The position numbers were made by a program, and so were the translations under genes. The notes beneath the pieces are model-generated. The model searched no databases. It was not told the DNA's origin and saw only the letters and a list, made by a program, of their open reading frames with translations. A DNA stretch of 57,068 nt, filler included, from Sphacelaria rigidula (taxonomy: Eukaryota): the NCBI GenBank assembly GCA_964200075.2. It is 4 parts of 4 records of this genome, joined end to end, with 100 filler letters (N's around TTAATTAATTAA, not from the genome) between each part and the next. Parts side by side here need not be neighbours in the genome. Positions count along the whole stretch, not along the records: positions 1 to 14,193 come from CAXNAA020002396.1; positions 14,294 to 28,485 come from CAXNAA020002397.1; 2 more parts are not named here. The stretch is one strand, 5' to 3'. Shown here one piece after another: positions 12,351-23,349 of the stretch; position 1 is the stretch's first letter; each line of letters begins with the position of its first letter.

Positions 12351-12918
12351 CATCAGACGACGTGGCCCGTGCAAGTTTTCGCTCCAGGACGCCGTTACAG
12401 TCCTTCTCCTCACTTGCCCACGTGATGCGTAATCTTTCGTTGTATCCCTCCCAAACGATACAAGAGTCAAGACCCACTTCTCATCTCTAGTCGATGATCT
12501 CGAGGAGAGTAAAGGGCTCAGTATTGGAACCCGTATCTCCCACGCAATGTTCACGCTTGAAAGCACTCGATACGTACTGCCGGGCTTGCTTGGACGAGAA
12601 ACGAAGAAGCGGAGGGCGGAAGACGTGGGAAAGCAAACAATTTGCCAGGGTATTTACAAGTCCTCTCGGAGGTGTGACAGACTGAATATTGATACCAGGA
12701 ACACGGAACGGATATTCGGGAGAAACAACGAAACGAACATCAGGTATGCTGGCAGTGACGGGATTGCGTAAAGCGCCAGCCGCTCCGAACCAGAAACTCA
12801 ATCATTACTAACGTCACCAAGGACGACAACACAAACATGTTGAAGAAAGAAATCACGCAGTGAGTTTCCCAATAAGCGCTCTGCGAAAAGGCTAAACAAA
12901 AGTAGCACCAAGCCTTCA

Positions 12919-13355
12919 TCGACGCGTCGCCGAGAGAGCCCGCTTCATCGCTTCATCACTATGCCTGTGCTCTGTGTGATGTACCCGTCTGCACCGTTCA
13001 GGATCCACCCATCCGTGCCAACACTACTGCTCCCCCTTTGCTCGATTCCTGAGCTCGTTGCATTCGCGCCACCGACCGGGTCATACGAATAACGCGCCTC
13101 CGCATTTGGCACCCTCCGTTTTCCTCTGACCCCATATCCTCGGGGTGTGTGGCGCAAGGGTGCCAAATGCGGAAGCGCCTTGTTCGTATGACCCCGTCGG
13201 TGGCGGGAATGCAACGAGCTCAGGAATCGAGCCAAGGGGGAGCAGTGCCGGTGACATGGAAGACGGTGCGTAGGTGGATCCTGAACGGTGCAGACGCCTA
13301 CACCACACAGAGCACAGGCATGGTGATAGAGGGAGCCCTCACGGTGACGCGTCGA
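12919..13355. repeat. Long inverted repeat (hairpin): arms 12919-13115 and 13157-13355, 41-nt loop
   Basis: Perfect complementary blocks GCTCGATTCCTGAGCTCGTTGCATTC (26 bp) and GTCTGCACCGTTCAGGATCCACC (23 bp), with scattered mismatches elsewhere. Confidence 0.92.
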
Positions 13356-14193
13356 CAGACTCGGGCGGTGTGGGGGGCGCTGCAGCTGCCGCTGCTCCTC
13401 CCCCTTCGTGAGGATCCTGAAATCGTACCAGCTTCTTAGTCATCGACCGGGTCACAACAGGCGCGCGCTTTGGCCTCGGGCACTCTTCGTCTCCTTCTTC
13501 GCCCGCGCGTCGGCTCCTCTTCCTCGATCCACCCGTCGATACGCTGGGTGCTTCGATCGATACTGCGGGGGCACCCCGTCCTCTCCGCGCGGCACGTGAG
13601 GGATTCCTCCGCCTCCCGCCCTCCCCCATCGGTGCAGCCGTACCCATGAGCTCCCGGCTGTTGCTCTTGAGTGTAGGCCCATCGCTTTTCATTCCACCGC
13701 CACGAGACCTCTTTCCCAACACTATTCGAGCCTCGGACCCGATACTCCAGTTAGAGTTGTTCCCGCCGTCATCGCTATCTTCGTCACTATCTTCGTTGGT
13801 GTGCTCGTCTGATTTGCTGTCAGCTGCTGCACTGCCAATCACTTCCTGCGCTTCGCAGAATTCAGCCACCCGTGCCCTGCCGTCGGGCCCCACTTTCCCT
13901 GCGCTTCCGTTCCGGACATGGCCACCAGCGCTGCCCGAGTAAACGCTCCAGCTGAGCGACATATCGCTCGAGGCACCCCTCGGGCTGCTAGGTGCCGCCG
14001 TCCCTTCTTGCCCCCTGGCTTGTGACACCGGTTGGCCGCCGACACTGGAGGTATCTGGTCCAGCAGCGCTTCCGTTCCGGACATGGCCACCAGCGCTGCC
14101 CGAGTAAACGCTCCAGCTGAGCGACATATCGCTCGAGGCACCCCTCGGGCTGCTAGGTGCCGCCGTCCCTTCTTGCCCCCTGACTTGCGACAC
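13339..14193 (-). CDS. Partial low-complexity ORF (open at contig end) with in-frame 55-aa repeats; function unknown, possibly TE-encoded or an exon
   Basis: 284 open codons, G/S/R-rich, with an acidic DEDSDDG patch and basic KRSRR/RPKR patches. The 165-bp repeat period preserves the frame. Confidence 0.4.
   Translation of the reverse strand: MSQVRGQEGTAAPSSPRGASSDMSLSWSVYSGSAGGHVRNGSAAGPDTSSVGGQPVSQARGQEGTAAPSSPRGASSDMSLSWSVYSGSAGGHVRNGSAGKVGPDGRARVAEFCEAQEVIGSAAADSKSDEHTNEDSDEDSDDGGNNSNWSIGSEARIVLGKRSRGGGMKSDGPTLKSNSRELMGTAAPMGEGGRRRNPSRAARRGRGAPAVSIEAPSVSTGGSRKRSRRAGEEGDEECPRPKRAPVVTRSMTKKLVRFQDPHEGGGAAAAAAPPTPPESVDASP
13901..14193. repeat. 165-bp tandem repeat, truncated at contig end
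   Basis: 13901-14028 is almost identical to 14066-14193. Confidence 0.92.
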
Positions 14194-14293
14194 NNNNNNN
14201 NNNNNNNNNNNNNNNNNNNNNNNNNNNNNNNNNNNNNTTAATTAATTAANNNNNNNNNNNNNNNNNNNNNNNNNNNNNNNNNNNNNNNNNNNN
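14194..14293. other. Artificial contig spacer
   Basis: N44-TTAATTAATTAA-N44 (all-frame stop linker). Confidence 0.99.
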
Positions 14294-14359
14294 AGTTCAG
14301 TAGTGCAGTGCCGCACATAACCCCTCAAGCACTGCGGCAACAGCTAGGAGAGTACAGTA

Positions 14360-14580
14360 GCGTTCGTTATAGTGATACATATGGCAGCGCAGCGCAGTAT
14401 AAAACATTACTATCGCCGTGGGATATGGTGTCAGCAGTTATTATCCGCTTGTCATAAACCCCGTGCGAAGTTGCTTCAGCAGCTGGGGCGGCAGCGTATT
14501 GTGCTGTCACGAGCCTGTCTTCTGCTGCCGTTGCAAAAATATCAAACGCTTCGTACTCTAGCACTGTACGTCACCTGAAG
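14360..14580 (-). repeat. Dispersed repeat, inverted copy of 27280-27485
   Basis: GCGTTTGATATTTTTGCAAC..GCAGCAG..ACAAGCGGAT..CTGCGCTGCC is present in both copies. Confidence 0.7.
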
Positions 14581-14807
14581 AAATCGGGGGAAGTCACGAT
14601 CTCAGAACGATTTGCCCCATTCATTTTTTTTAATCGAGGGAAACAGTTCCGAGATCAGGACCCCTCGATTTTTTCGCCCCCGATTTGGTCCAAATCCGTG
14701 TCCATAAAGTGCGTTCCCCGATTTTGAAAAAATCGATATTCGTGCCTGCCATAAAAGTGGGTCTGACAGCCATCATGCCAACATGGTGGAGCTGTGAAGT
14801 AACACAC

Positions 14808-14840
14808 CTGTAGTTTGCACGCCCGACGCAGTTGTTCAGC
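14808..14840 (-). CDS. DHHC palmitoyltransferase (ZDHHC1/11-like), exon 4; gene continues beyond the contig
   Basis: CAG|G CTG AAC AAC TGC GTC GGG CGT GCA AAC TAC AG|GT = (W)LNNCVGRANY(R). Phase matches exon 3. Confidence 0.88.
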
Positions 14841-16989
14841 CTGTTGCAACAAACGCGAGGGACAACGAAACATGGAAAGCAAAAAAGAATCACGTTGAAT
14901 TCATATGCCATACGAATTTCGACAGAAAATACGTGGTGGCTGGCCAGTTGAGGTTCATTCCTAGCCAGGTCACTGTCGCAAAATTATGCCGACATCGTGT
15001 TACATTTTTTCCTGGCCAGGTCTCATGCAGAGGGACGGACATGTACCTTCAAGAACTCGAGGGAGAAAAGTAAATTTTCAGGGCAATCCTCGAAAATTAC
15101 CATCCCCCTAGAGGGTTGCGGTATTTCGGCTGTGAACCACCGAAATCTTACCATCAAAGCGCATTACCGCCTGAAGAATATCGCGAAAAAATCAGCAAGC
15201 GTATACCACCTAATAATTACCGTCATATCGCATTACCACTCAAAAAGTACCAAGTACAGTTACCATGAAACACAACCGGCAGAAGACACCACCTACAGTA
15301 CTACTTTTGTAGACCTACACTGCTAGACTGGCGCAGTAATCAGGACCTCGACCATCATGTGTAAGAGCACAGATTCGATCCCGAGTAAGAGTCAGGAGAT
15401 GTCTTGAGATGAAAATACTCGATTGAAAAACTGCGACGGAAAATATTTCTTCATCTGATACAGGCTAGTTTACGCTCATCACCCAAAATTATGTCATCAG
15501 CAAATGCCTTGCATAGTACTTACCCGAGAGTCGCATACATGATAGCATACTGACCGTCAAGGACAGCCGAAGAGAGTGACATAGCCGGGTGTTTTACAAG
15601 GATATCTGTTCGAGGCGATGTTGATGGTGCTCAGCGCGAAAAGGTACCTCGACCAATCAGTGCTCTTCAAATTGGTCTAGGCATATCGCCACGCCAGATA
15701 CCACCCGCTTACAAAACCACGCGAACCCCACACAAGTCATCCTCAGCTATCACCACAACCCTGCAGCATAGAGCACAAACTGAGAACAGAGATACGTACA
15801 CTACAGTTGCTGAGAACCTGCACTATTCCCCTCTGGGCATGATGTGCTTCATTTTTTTTGCCGACGGTATGTTACCGCGGGAAATTGAAAATCGTTTACC
15901 GCGCAAAAATTACAGCCATGTTTTGATCTGATCGTCTCCACCGAAGGTGCTACCATCAAAAGAAGGAAAACCGTTTACTGCCGAAAATTTACCGTCTTGC
16001 GGCAAAATTACTCCGTTTGGAACCGTCAAATAAAGCGCTACCGAGTACCCTGTCAATTTCAACATCCCGATCTGCATTTCAGGAGATTGCATCCAACCTA
16101 AACGTCATGTACGCGACAACTAGTTCTACTCCTCTATACTGAAGTTCATGTAAGTACGATCTAGGCCAGCTCATCAACGGGTTCGCACTGCCACAGCCAT
16201 ATCTCCTCGACACATACAAATTAGGTCGTCATCTGCACATCTTGTTAATCATCTCATCAAGGGGCAGATACCCATCTACTTGACAAAATGGTCGATATTT
16301 TCTCGTTGATTAGAAGCCGTTTCAACTGGATCCGGTCACGTACGGAGAAATCTCGAGTACTGAAGTCTACACGAAACGTCGCTGCGATATAATCAGTCGA
16401 TGACGCTAATTATTGTAAACATTTCTAGGGGCACGAGGAAACGATCGATAGCCCAACATTGAGCTATTTCGTCTACCCAGAGGTATGACGCGAATTTTTT
16501 CTCATCCAAACTTGAAAAGATTGCACTGAGTGCACAAACTTTGGATGTAGCAGCTCAGTTTTGAGAATCGTGCTTTGAAATTTGATGTGAATACACGCGA
16601 GGGCATGATGAAACAAGTTGCGCCTGGACATCGAGATATTCTCTTGAAGGATTCATCACGTGTTTGTCCTGAACTCATGAAAAAAACAAAAAATCTAGTG
16701 ACTTCGCGTAACTTCCTCTGCTTTTCAGATTTTCCGTGCCAAATTTCGAAGTACAACTCTACAAACTGAGCAGTTGAATCACCTACAACCTACAGTTGCG
16801 TTTCCGAACTGTCCCGGCTCAACTCAGCGTAACCGTCGAACGTCGACTACAAATGTAAAAAACAAACAAACGAATCTACCCATGGGCGGAATCATGGATT
16901 TGTCCACAACAATTTTACAGTTACACACACAGGTCGTAAATCAGAATCGTAGAATTCAGGCCGCTTCTTTTAGTCTGGAAAAAGTCCTT

Positions 16990-18610
16990 GGATTGGGCCT
17001 CTTCTAAAGGATTTGCGATGTTTTTCCAGGAGGATTCTAGCGTGCTTTTCCGATTTTTCTTGCGCTCAGTTTTACTTTTAGGTCACTTCTCATGTATTGG
17101 AGAATAGAACTCGTTCAAGAGTGCATTTTTAGCTCTTTATCGTTTTTGCACCGAAAAGAGGGCTAGGCGAGATATCACCTTCGCGTTTTCCGCAGGTCAC
17201 AGTTTCGTTTTTAGTCAAACTTGCACTTTCAGCAACAAACGGTCAACTTACAAAAAAACAGGGAAACAACTGCCATTTTTGGCACAGTACCCATATATGG
17301 GGATGATATTGTAGTGCATTAAATTATTCGCGCGAATTACGATTATGGCCGCGTGCTCAAGATCGGCACCCGGCAAACACCGAGGACCCGTTTAAAATCG
17401 CCAGAAGAACCAAAACATGGGACATGTCCTTTTTCTCTGTACTTCAGTACAAGCACACTCTAACGTCCTCCCTCATGTGTTGTAGCTATCACTGGTCTGT
17501 TGTGTGTTTACACCTTGGGAAGGCGGTTTGGTCTTCACTGAGATCGTCTGAGCTGCTGCATTGTTTTTGTTCGTCTCGCTCGAAAATCTAATATCAGTCG
17601 CGGCGCAGTGCTGTCTATACACTGACTCTTGAAATGTTCATGGTGCGTTGACTGTTTCGTCGTTCGTAGAACGAAAATGGTGTTGCCCAGATTCATCATT
17701 TGCGCGATACCAAATATGGCTTGATACAGATGTACAACCAGCGCCGGTATACGCCGCTCGATCTGCTGGGCCAGACCCCCCCCCGATGAAACAAGCAACG
17801 CACAGCATGATGCGGATATACTGCACCGCCAGGTTACTGAATGCCCCGGCAGTGTGGCGGCCGCTGCTGCTGGCACCGGCGCCAGCGCTCGCGGCCACGG
17901 AAACACACAAGTAGCCATACTAAGATGGGGATATACCAATACACGAGCATCGCAATGACCCCCTGCGGCGGAAATGTACCACTCACAGTCTGCTTGTCTG
18001 TTTGCAGCTTCGTTTATCTGCTGCTGCTCCATCCATCCCGACGCGACTGTAATTCCTACAGTACAGGTGTGACTTAAGTTTCGAGCCAATCACAAAGCAT
18101 TTTCCACTACATATTTTACTACGAAGGTCGCATTTCATCGGCGCTAGATTCCGCCGATTTCTGACTGATAGGCCTCTGATTGGTTGAATTTCACATTTCA
18201 CTACAAAAATCTATCCCCATGTGTAGGCGTTGTGCCCACTTTAATATTTGACCGTTTCCTATTGAAAATGCAAGTTTGACCAAAAACGGAACTGTGACTT
18301 ACGGAAAACGCCAAGGTGCTCTTGGGCGGTCTCAGCGAGTAGAGCAAGTTATTCCAAGGTGTCAACGTCCGCCTAGCTCTCTTGGCGTGAAAACGACGGA
18401 AAAGGGCCAAAAATGCGCTTTTAAAAAAGTTTTACTTTTTTCAACCATGACAAGTAGCCTTGACCGGATTCCCGATTTTTTCAGTCGCCAACACCCTTTC
18501 AGGTGTCGGAAAAATCATCGATAACTCGAACATTTTTGGGGCGACTGAAAAAAAAAGAAAAGTGCGCTAGAAACCTCGTGGAAAACATTGCGAATCTTTC
18601 ACAAGACCCC
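16990..18610. mobile_element. Old foldback/non-autonomous DNA element with long imperfect inverted repeats (~16990-17330 vs ~18195-18610), in ZDHHC intron 3
   Basis: CTAGCGTGCTTTTC vs GAAAAGTGCGCTAG; GTCACAGTTTCGTTTTTAGTCAAACTTGCA vs TGCAAGTTTGACCAAAAACGGAACTGTGAC; ATGGGGAT..TTGTAGTG vs CACTACAA..ATCCCCAT. Confidence 0.65.
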
Positions 18611-18660
18611 ATCCGCCAAGGCCCGTATTCCGCCAATAATCCGCGCGATAAAAGGCTGAA

Positions 18661-18744
18661 CCCTTGGACAGTGGTGCGGGCATAATTTTTCCAAGTGAAA
18701 ATTGATGCCGATTCAGCAGGTGACCTACCCTCGCGGTCATGGGG
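18661..18744. mobile_element. piggyBac-type mini-MITE (copy 2)
   Basis: TGAA|CCCTTGGAC...CTCGCGGTCATGGGG|TTAA. The internal GTGAAAATTGATGCCGATTCA matches the reverse complement of copy 1. Confidence 0.7.
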
Positions 18745-19705
18745 TTAAACAGCACAGTTTTCATAGAGTCTGTCTTCAGACTAAAAGAAGCGACCTCAGT
18801 CGGCCGGATTGATGCACCAAGTCGACAACTCGACCCCTTCACTGGCGCCCGACAGGCAACTGGCTTATTCTCTTCTTTTTTTGCCGGGGGTTCGGCATGA
18901 CTGCTTTCGCTTGACAGACAAAACGTGTGAGTCCATATCAAGACCGTTGTCACGCAGGTGCGCGTGTCACTGTACAACAGCTATTCGCACAAAAGCCGGG
19001 GCCAGCGACATTGAATTAGTACAGTAACATTAATCATCGCGCCATTAGCAGTAGATGCATGTGGTGGAAAAACACAACTCTTCGTTGCTGATCTGCTGAA
19101 GGGCGTGGGGCATTTGATAGGGGATGTACATGCTGAAGGCGGCTCTTGCGGGTGTGTAGTTGGGTGGTGTTTTGATTCTGCACCGGAGGTTTGCAGGAAT
19201 GTACCCCCACCCTCGACAGCCACTTGAACAAAGTGGACAGTGCACAGGTCTGGCACACACAACCAATTTGAATGCAACCGCAGCGATGAGTTGTCCTCCT
19301 CACACACCCCTGCGTCCATCAGCGGCTCTTTGCTGCTGAGCCTTCAGAATCTTTGTCGACATGGGCTACAGAAAACCCCGACCAACGCTCTCGATCACGT
19401 TTGGCTGCAATCGTTTTCGAGACCATCACTCGAAAGAAATAATGTCAAGCGCCCGGACAGCAAACTATAATGGCGGCCATCTACGCTCACGCTACTTATA
19501 CAACCCTTCAAAATTCGGCGAGACTGTCATACCGACCAATTGGCGACGGGCGCTCCAAGACTCAACTCTGGATAAGATAACGGCCAAACTTGTGTAAAAG
19601 CGGACGAATGGGGACCCCGACCACCAGTGAAGTGCGACGAACCAACGGCAATTCGATCCATCAACGAGGAGCACGACTGTGTGAAATCTCTCTGGAATAC
19701 CTCAC

Positions 19706-19836
19706 CACTTGCAATGGTGGTCGAATCTATCGACGCATTTGTCGCAGTAACGGCAATGTCGACTCCCCTTGTTCACGTGCAGCTGGCACAGAAAACAGAA
19801 TGTTTTGTCCTGCGAAGACCCCGACACAGTATCGCC
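19706..19836 (-). CDS. DHHC palmitoyltransferase, exon 3 (cysteine-rich DHHC domain)
   Basis: TTTTCAG|GDTVSGSSQDKTFCFLCQLHVNKGSRHCRYCDKCVDRFDHHCK(W)|GTGAG. An alternative in-frame acceptor at 19809 is possible. Confidence 0.93.
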
Positions 19837-20039
19837 CTGAAAAGGCCTCGACAGCAAGTAGTTGGGAGCGCGACAAAGTCAAGAAAAGCAAGCAAAGGTA
19901 CAACGCATTACAGTCAGCCAAGTATCGCAAATCGAAAAAGAAGAGATGACGAACTGATATCGAATATGACAAACCAGAGAGTGCGCGAGCAGGCCACTCT
20001 TCAAGGCGTGAATTTCGGGGGAGCGGAATGCAAACGTAC

Positions 20040-20256
20040 CTCATGAAACCGTCGAACGTTCGGGTCGATTGGGTCGATGTAGCAGGCCACAATGCCTGAC
20101 ACAATCGAAGACGCCGCCAACACACAGTACGCAACACCCGCTGCGATTGCCAGGAGGATGGGCAAAGCAGGAACAATCAAGGCGTAGAACCCTCCCACGA
20201 CAACCAGCAGCAGAAGCCATGTGAGCATCTGAAGTGGCTCCAGAGGAGCTTCAAAC
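20040..20256 (-). CDS. DHHC palmitoyltransferase, exon 2 (TM1-TM2, DP motif)
   Basis: CAG|(G)FEAPLEPLQMLTWLLLLVVVGGFYALIVPAL...ACYIDPIDPNVRRFHE|GTACG. Confidence 0.9.
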
Positions 20257-20686
20257 CTGCGGGGTGTGTGGGTACTGATTAATTTATATGAGTACTGCTA
20301 TGCTATTATTTCGCCAAGATAAAAGAGTATGAGGTGATCAGTACTGACTGTACCTCATTGAACTTTTCGGACAATCGTGAAACGGAAGTTAATGAAATCG
20401 CAAGGGATGCTGGTGTCGAACATATCATTACCACCCCACCTGAGAACAACACAGCGCAAAGCGCAATATACTGTAAACCCTCAAGGTAAACATCACCATT
20501 CAGTAGCTATACACCGCACAACAGCCATATATAGCTGGAGCCACTAATTGCCTGTTGTCGGTATTGTATCGTATCCCTGTGTGGTAGGCCTATCCCAGCT
20601 CATCGGCCACTCCTGGACGTCAAGCGCTGCATTCAGCATCATCGTATCCGTCGCAGAAAAATTCAGTCGGGAAAGCATACACTCAC

Positions 20687-20700
20687 CCATTTTTTCGCAT
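20687..20700 (-). CDS. DHHC palmitoyltransferase, exon 1 (start)
   Basis: ATG CGA AAA AAT GG|GTGAGT splices to give MRKNGFEAPLEPLQ, matching the RxNGWxxPxxxxQ N-terminus of the ZDHHC1/11 group. Confidence 0.82.
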
Positions 20701-21452
20701 GTGGCACTGATAGGCAGACGGAAGTGGCTATGTAGGAGATAGCCGTGTCTCAGACCAGCTCGATGCGCAATTAATGTATCACCCTTACCCCTGGGGTTCT
20801 ACCCCGATACGAGTCAGGCTAAGTCTTCCTATCTTGGGGGTAAAGACCCGTAGCCCGCCGAACATTCGACCATTACCCATCGCAGCCACCCTTTAATAAA
20901 ACCTATATCCAAATAGGTACCTGCTTCCTTACAGTCATACAAGCGTCCAGGAGAGAGAGGGCAAATCAGCGCGTGTTGTGGAGGCTCTTGCTGAAAGCAT
21001 AGCAAATATCCACGAAGGCCTCCATCCCGCGGGCCGATTGGGATTCACGTGGGAGGCCGCTGCACGTGGAAACCGACATGAGTCGGTTCGCAAACGAGGT
21101 GCGTTTACAGGGACCAACAGCCAGCCCTGCCGCGTAGATCAAAATTATTTAGGCACATCGACACAAGTTTCAACAAAATTACTATTCTTCACCTCGCTCG
21201 TGAGCGTCCGCCAAGTGACTGACGGGCACCGCGTGAAGGGCGCTCGCCTCACCCTCTCTACTACTTGTATTGCTACAGTTGCATGCAGCAGAAACCCTTG
21301 CTATTCTTCACTCGACGATTCCTCGAGGTGGTCATTAACTTTCGCCTTCGAAATTTCTGGAGCTCATGACCGTGCTGCCATGCTGCTGTCGCCGCTGATG
21401 TATGTGTGTGCCCTACTCGGCTCGTTATAATTCCTTTTGGCGGAACAAGCAG

Positions 21453-21694
21453 CATAATGTCCCCCTGGAGGACTTGAACCAGCTGGATGACTGGAACAAA
21501 GCCACAATCGCAGCTCATTTACACAAACGCTTCAAGGTGCAGAGGCCTTATACTTCATTGGGGAATATCGTGGTGGCTGTAAATCCGTTCGAGTGGCTGG
21601 ATTTATACGATGATGACTTGGGGTTAGCTTACCAAGAGCCAGGGAGACGGGACCTTCCGGCACACATCTATAAATCTACGGCGGCTGCTTACCG
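21453..21694 (+). CDS. Myosin motor domain, N-terminal exon (partial gene)
   Basis: CAG|HNVPLEDLNQLDDWNKATIAAHLHKRFKVQRPYTSLGNIVVAVNPFEWLDLY...LPAHIYKSTAAAY(R)|GTGAG carries the classic YT..G.I.VAVNPF and LPxHIY myosin motifs. Confidence 0.88.
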
Positions 21695-23247
21695 GTGAGA
21701 GCCGCTAGTGTGTAACTCTATGTTTCCGATCATCGCGATGTTTCAAGAGGACGTTACCAAGCCCGCTGAGCTGCTATTTTGTAGCTTCCGCGTGGTCTAC
21801 TCATGAGCTCCCTGTTGTGGTGGGCGGTCGCATATCTTGTAGTAGATGAGTGGGCATTTATGTTCCGTATACCTTACGCTTGGTTAAAAGAAAGTGACGC
21901 GAAGAGGCACAAAAAAGATTTGCCCTGCTGCAGTAGGTAATTTCGATGCGGTTTGCTTATACTGTACATTAGAGACCGTGATGTCATACTCAAGGTGGTG
22001 ATATGATTTCGTACACCGTGGAAGAGACGGCCCGGGAAGAGTTACAGTTAACAGTACATTCAGTATGGTGCTCGTAATCATGGAATATATTGGACGTGAA
22101 ACCGAGTGGAACGCCATTTTTGTTCATCGCGCCACCATGTCATGTGCGTGAAGGAAGCCCTCGTTGATCGCTCGAAATTTGCGCGTCCGTAGCAGTTGTC
22201 GTTATGATGTACAGCCGGGGATACCAGTACTATGAAGCGCCGTTCCCACGCACCTGAGCGTACCACCGAGTAGAGCGTGTTTCCTGATACTGCGTCCCTG
22301 TTTGGTGGTCGGGTCGTACACTCCAAAAATCAATATCCCTACGGAAGGATAGATGACATGGTCCGCAGGTACATACTGGTAGATGCGAATTTATCTAGGG
22401 CCGTCGCGCAGGCGAGGATATCATGAGCGCCTTGAGCTAAGGAGTGTGCTGGACTGTCCCATACTTTGCTGTGCTACTTCGGTGCACGTGTTGGCATCCA
22501 CAGGGATGCCGTTGTGCTCCCCTCTTCGATCGTCATTGCACGAGCAGTGATCTCTTGAGTGTGGACGAAATTTACGGTGCAATTAATTTTACCGTCCTCC
22601 ACGATGGGACTCATCTGTGTAACGGTTCTTTGTATGCGCAGTGAATCCAAGAGGACGCGCGAAGCTGTCGGCGCAGGATAAACGACGTTAACCTCTGTTT
22701 ACTAGGAATTTTTTGCACTTCCCCAGTACAGTCTAACTATAGTCTGTTCGACGCTCTGTGTGGAGGCCCCAGACGACGGGGAACCTCTCAGAGGATTTGT
22801 CCCGCGAAGTTTTTCCGCCCCCTTCATATTTCGTGGCGGAATTGGTGCGAGCCTTAACTCGTGTCGTGCCTTCGTCGGTTTGTTATTGAACCAAGGACTT
22901 AGCGCCAACACAACGAAAGAAGCTCAAATGCGCACACTTTGTTTCGCGGTCGATCTGCGCGAAAGAAACAAATGGTTTGTAAAAGTTGTCCATGGCATTG
23001 TGTACACCCAGTGGCTCGCTCGAGAGGTACATGTGTACACAGAGACAACCCTCAAGATGGAAACAGATAAAATATCTTGATCGAGCTAAACGGAGATGCC
23101 ATCCTAATAATACCGCTCATCGATCTGGCACCATGTACAATCTCAGCTACGGACGGAGCTTTTGGCGATTTAACGCTCAGACTTGATCACGGCGATGTCA
23201 GGCCTGGTGCAGTTTCAGTCAATCGTGCCTTCTCTGTAGCGTTCTTA

Positions 23248-23349
23248 CCCTTTGGACCGCCCGGAGGGTAGTCCATCTGGATCATGCATACTTATCTCCA
23301 GTGAAATTTATGCCGATTCAAGATATGACCTAATCTCGCTATGTAAGGG
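23248..23349. mobile_element. piggyBac-type mini-MITE (copy 3)
   Basis: CCCTTTGGACCGC...TCTGGATCATGCATACTT..ATGCCGATTCAA...TAATCTCGCTATGTAAGGG. Flanks are degenerate (CTTA/TAAA). Confidence 0.7.

Noticed and set aside
11850-12850. Possible decayed LINE 3' region (..RRSGGRKTW..)
   Set aside because: A single weak motif is not enough to call.
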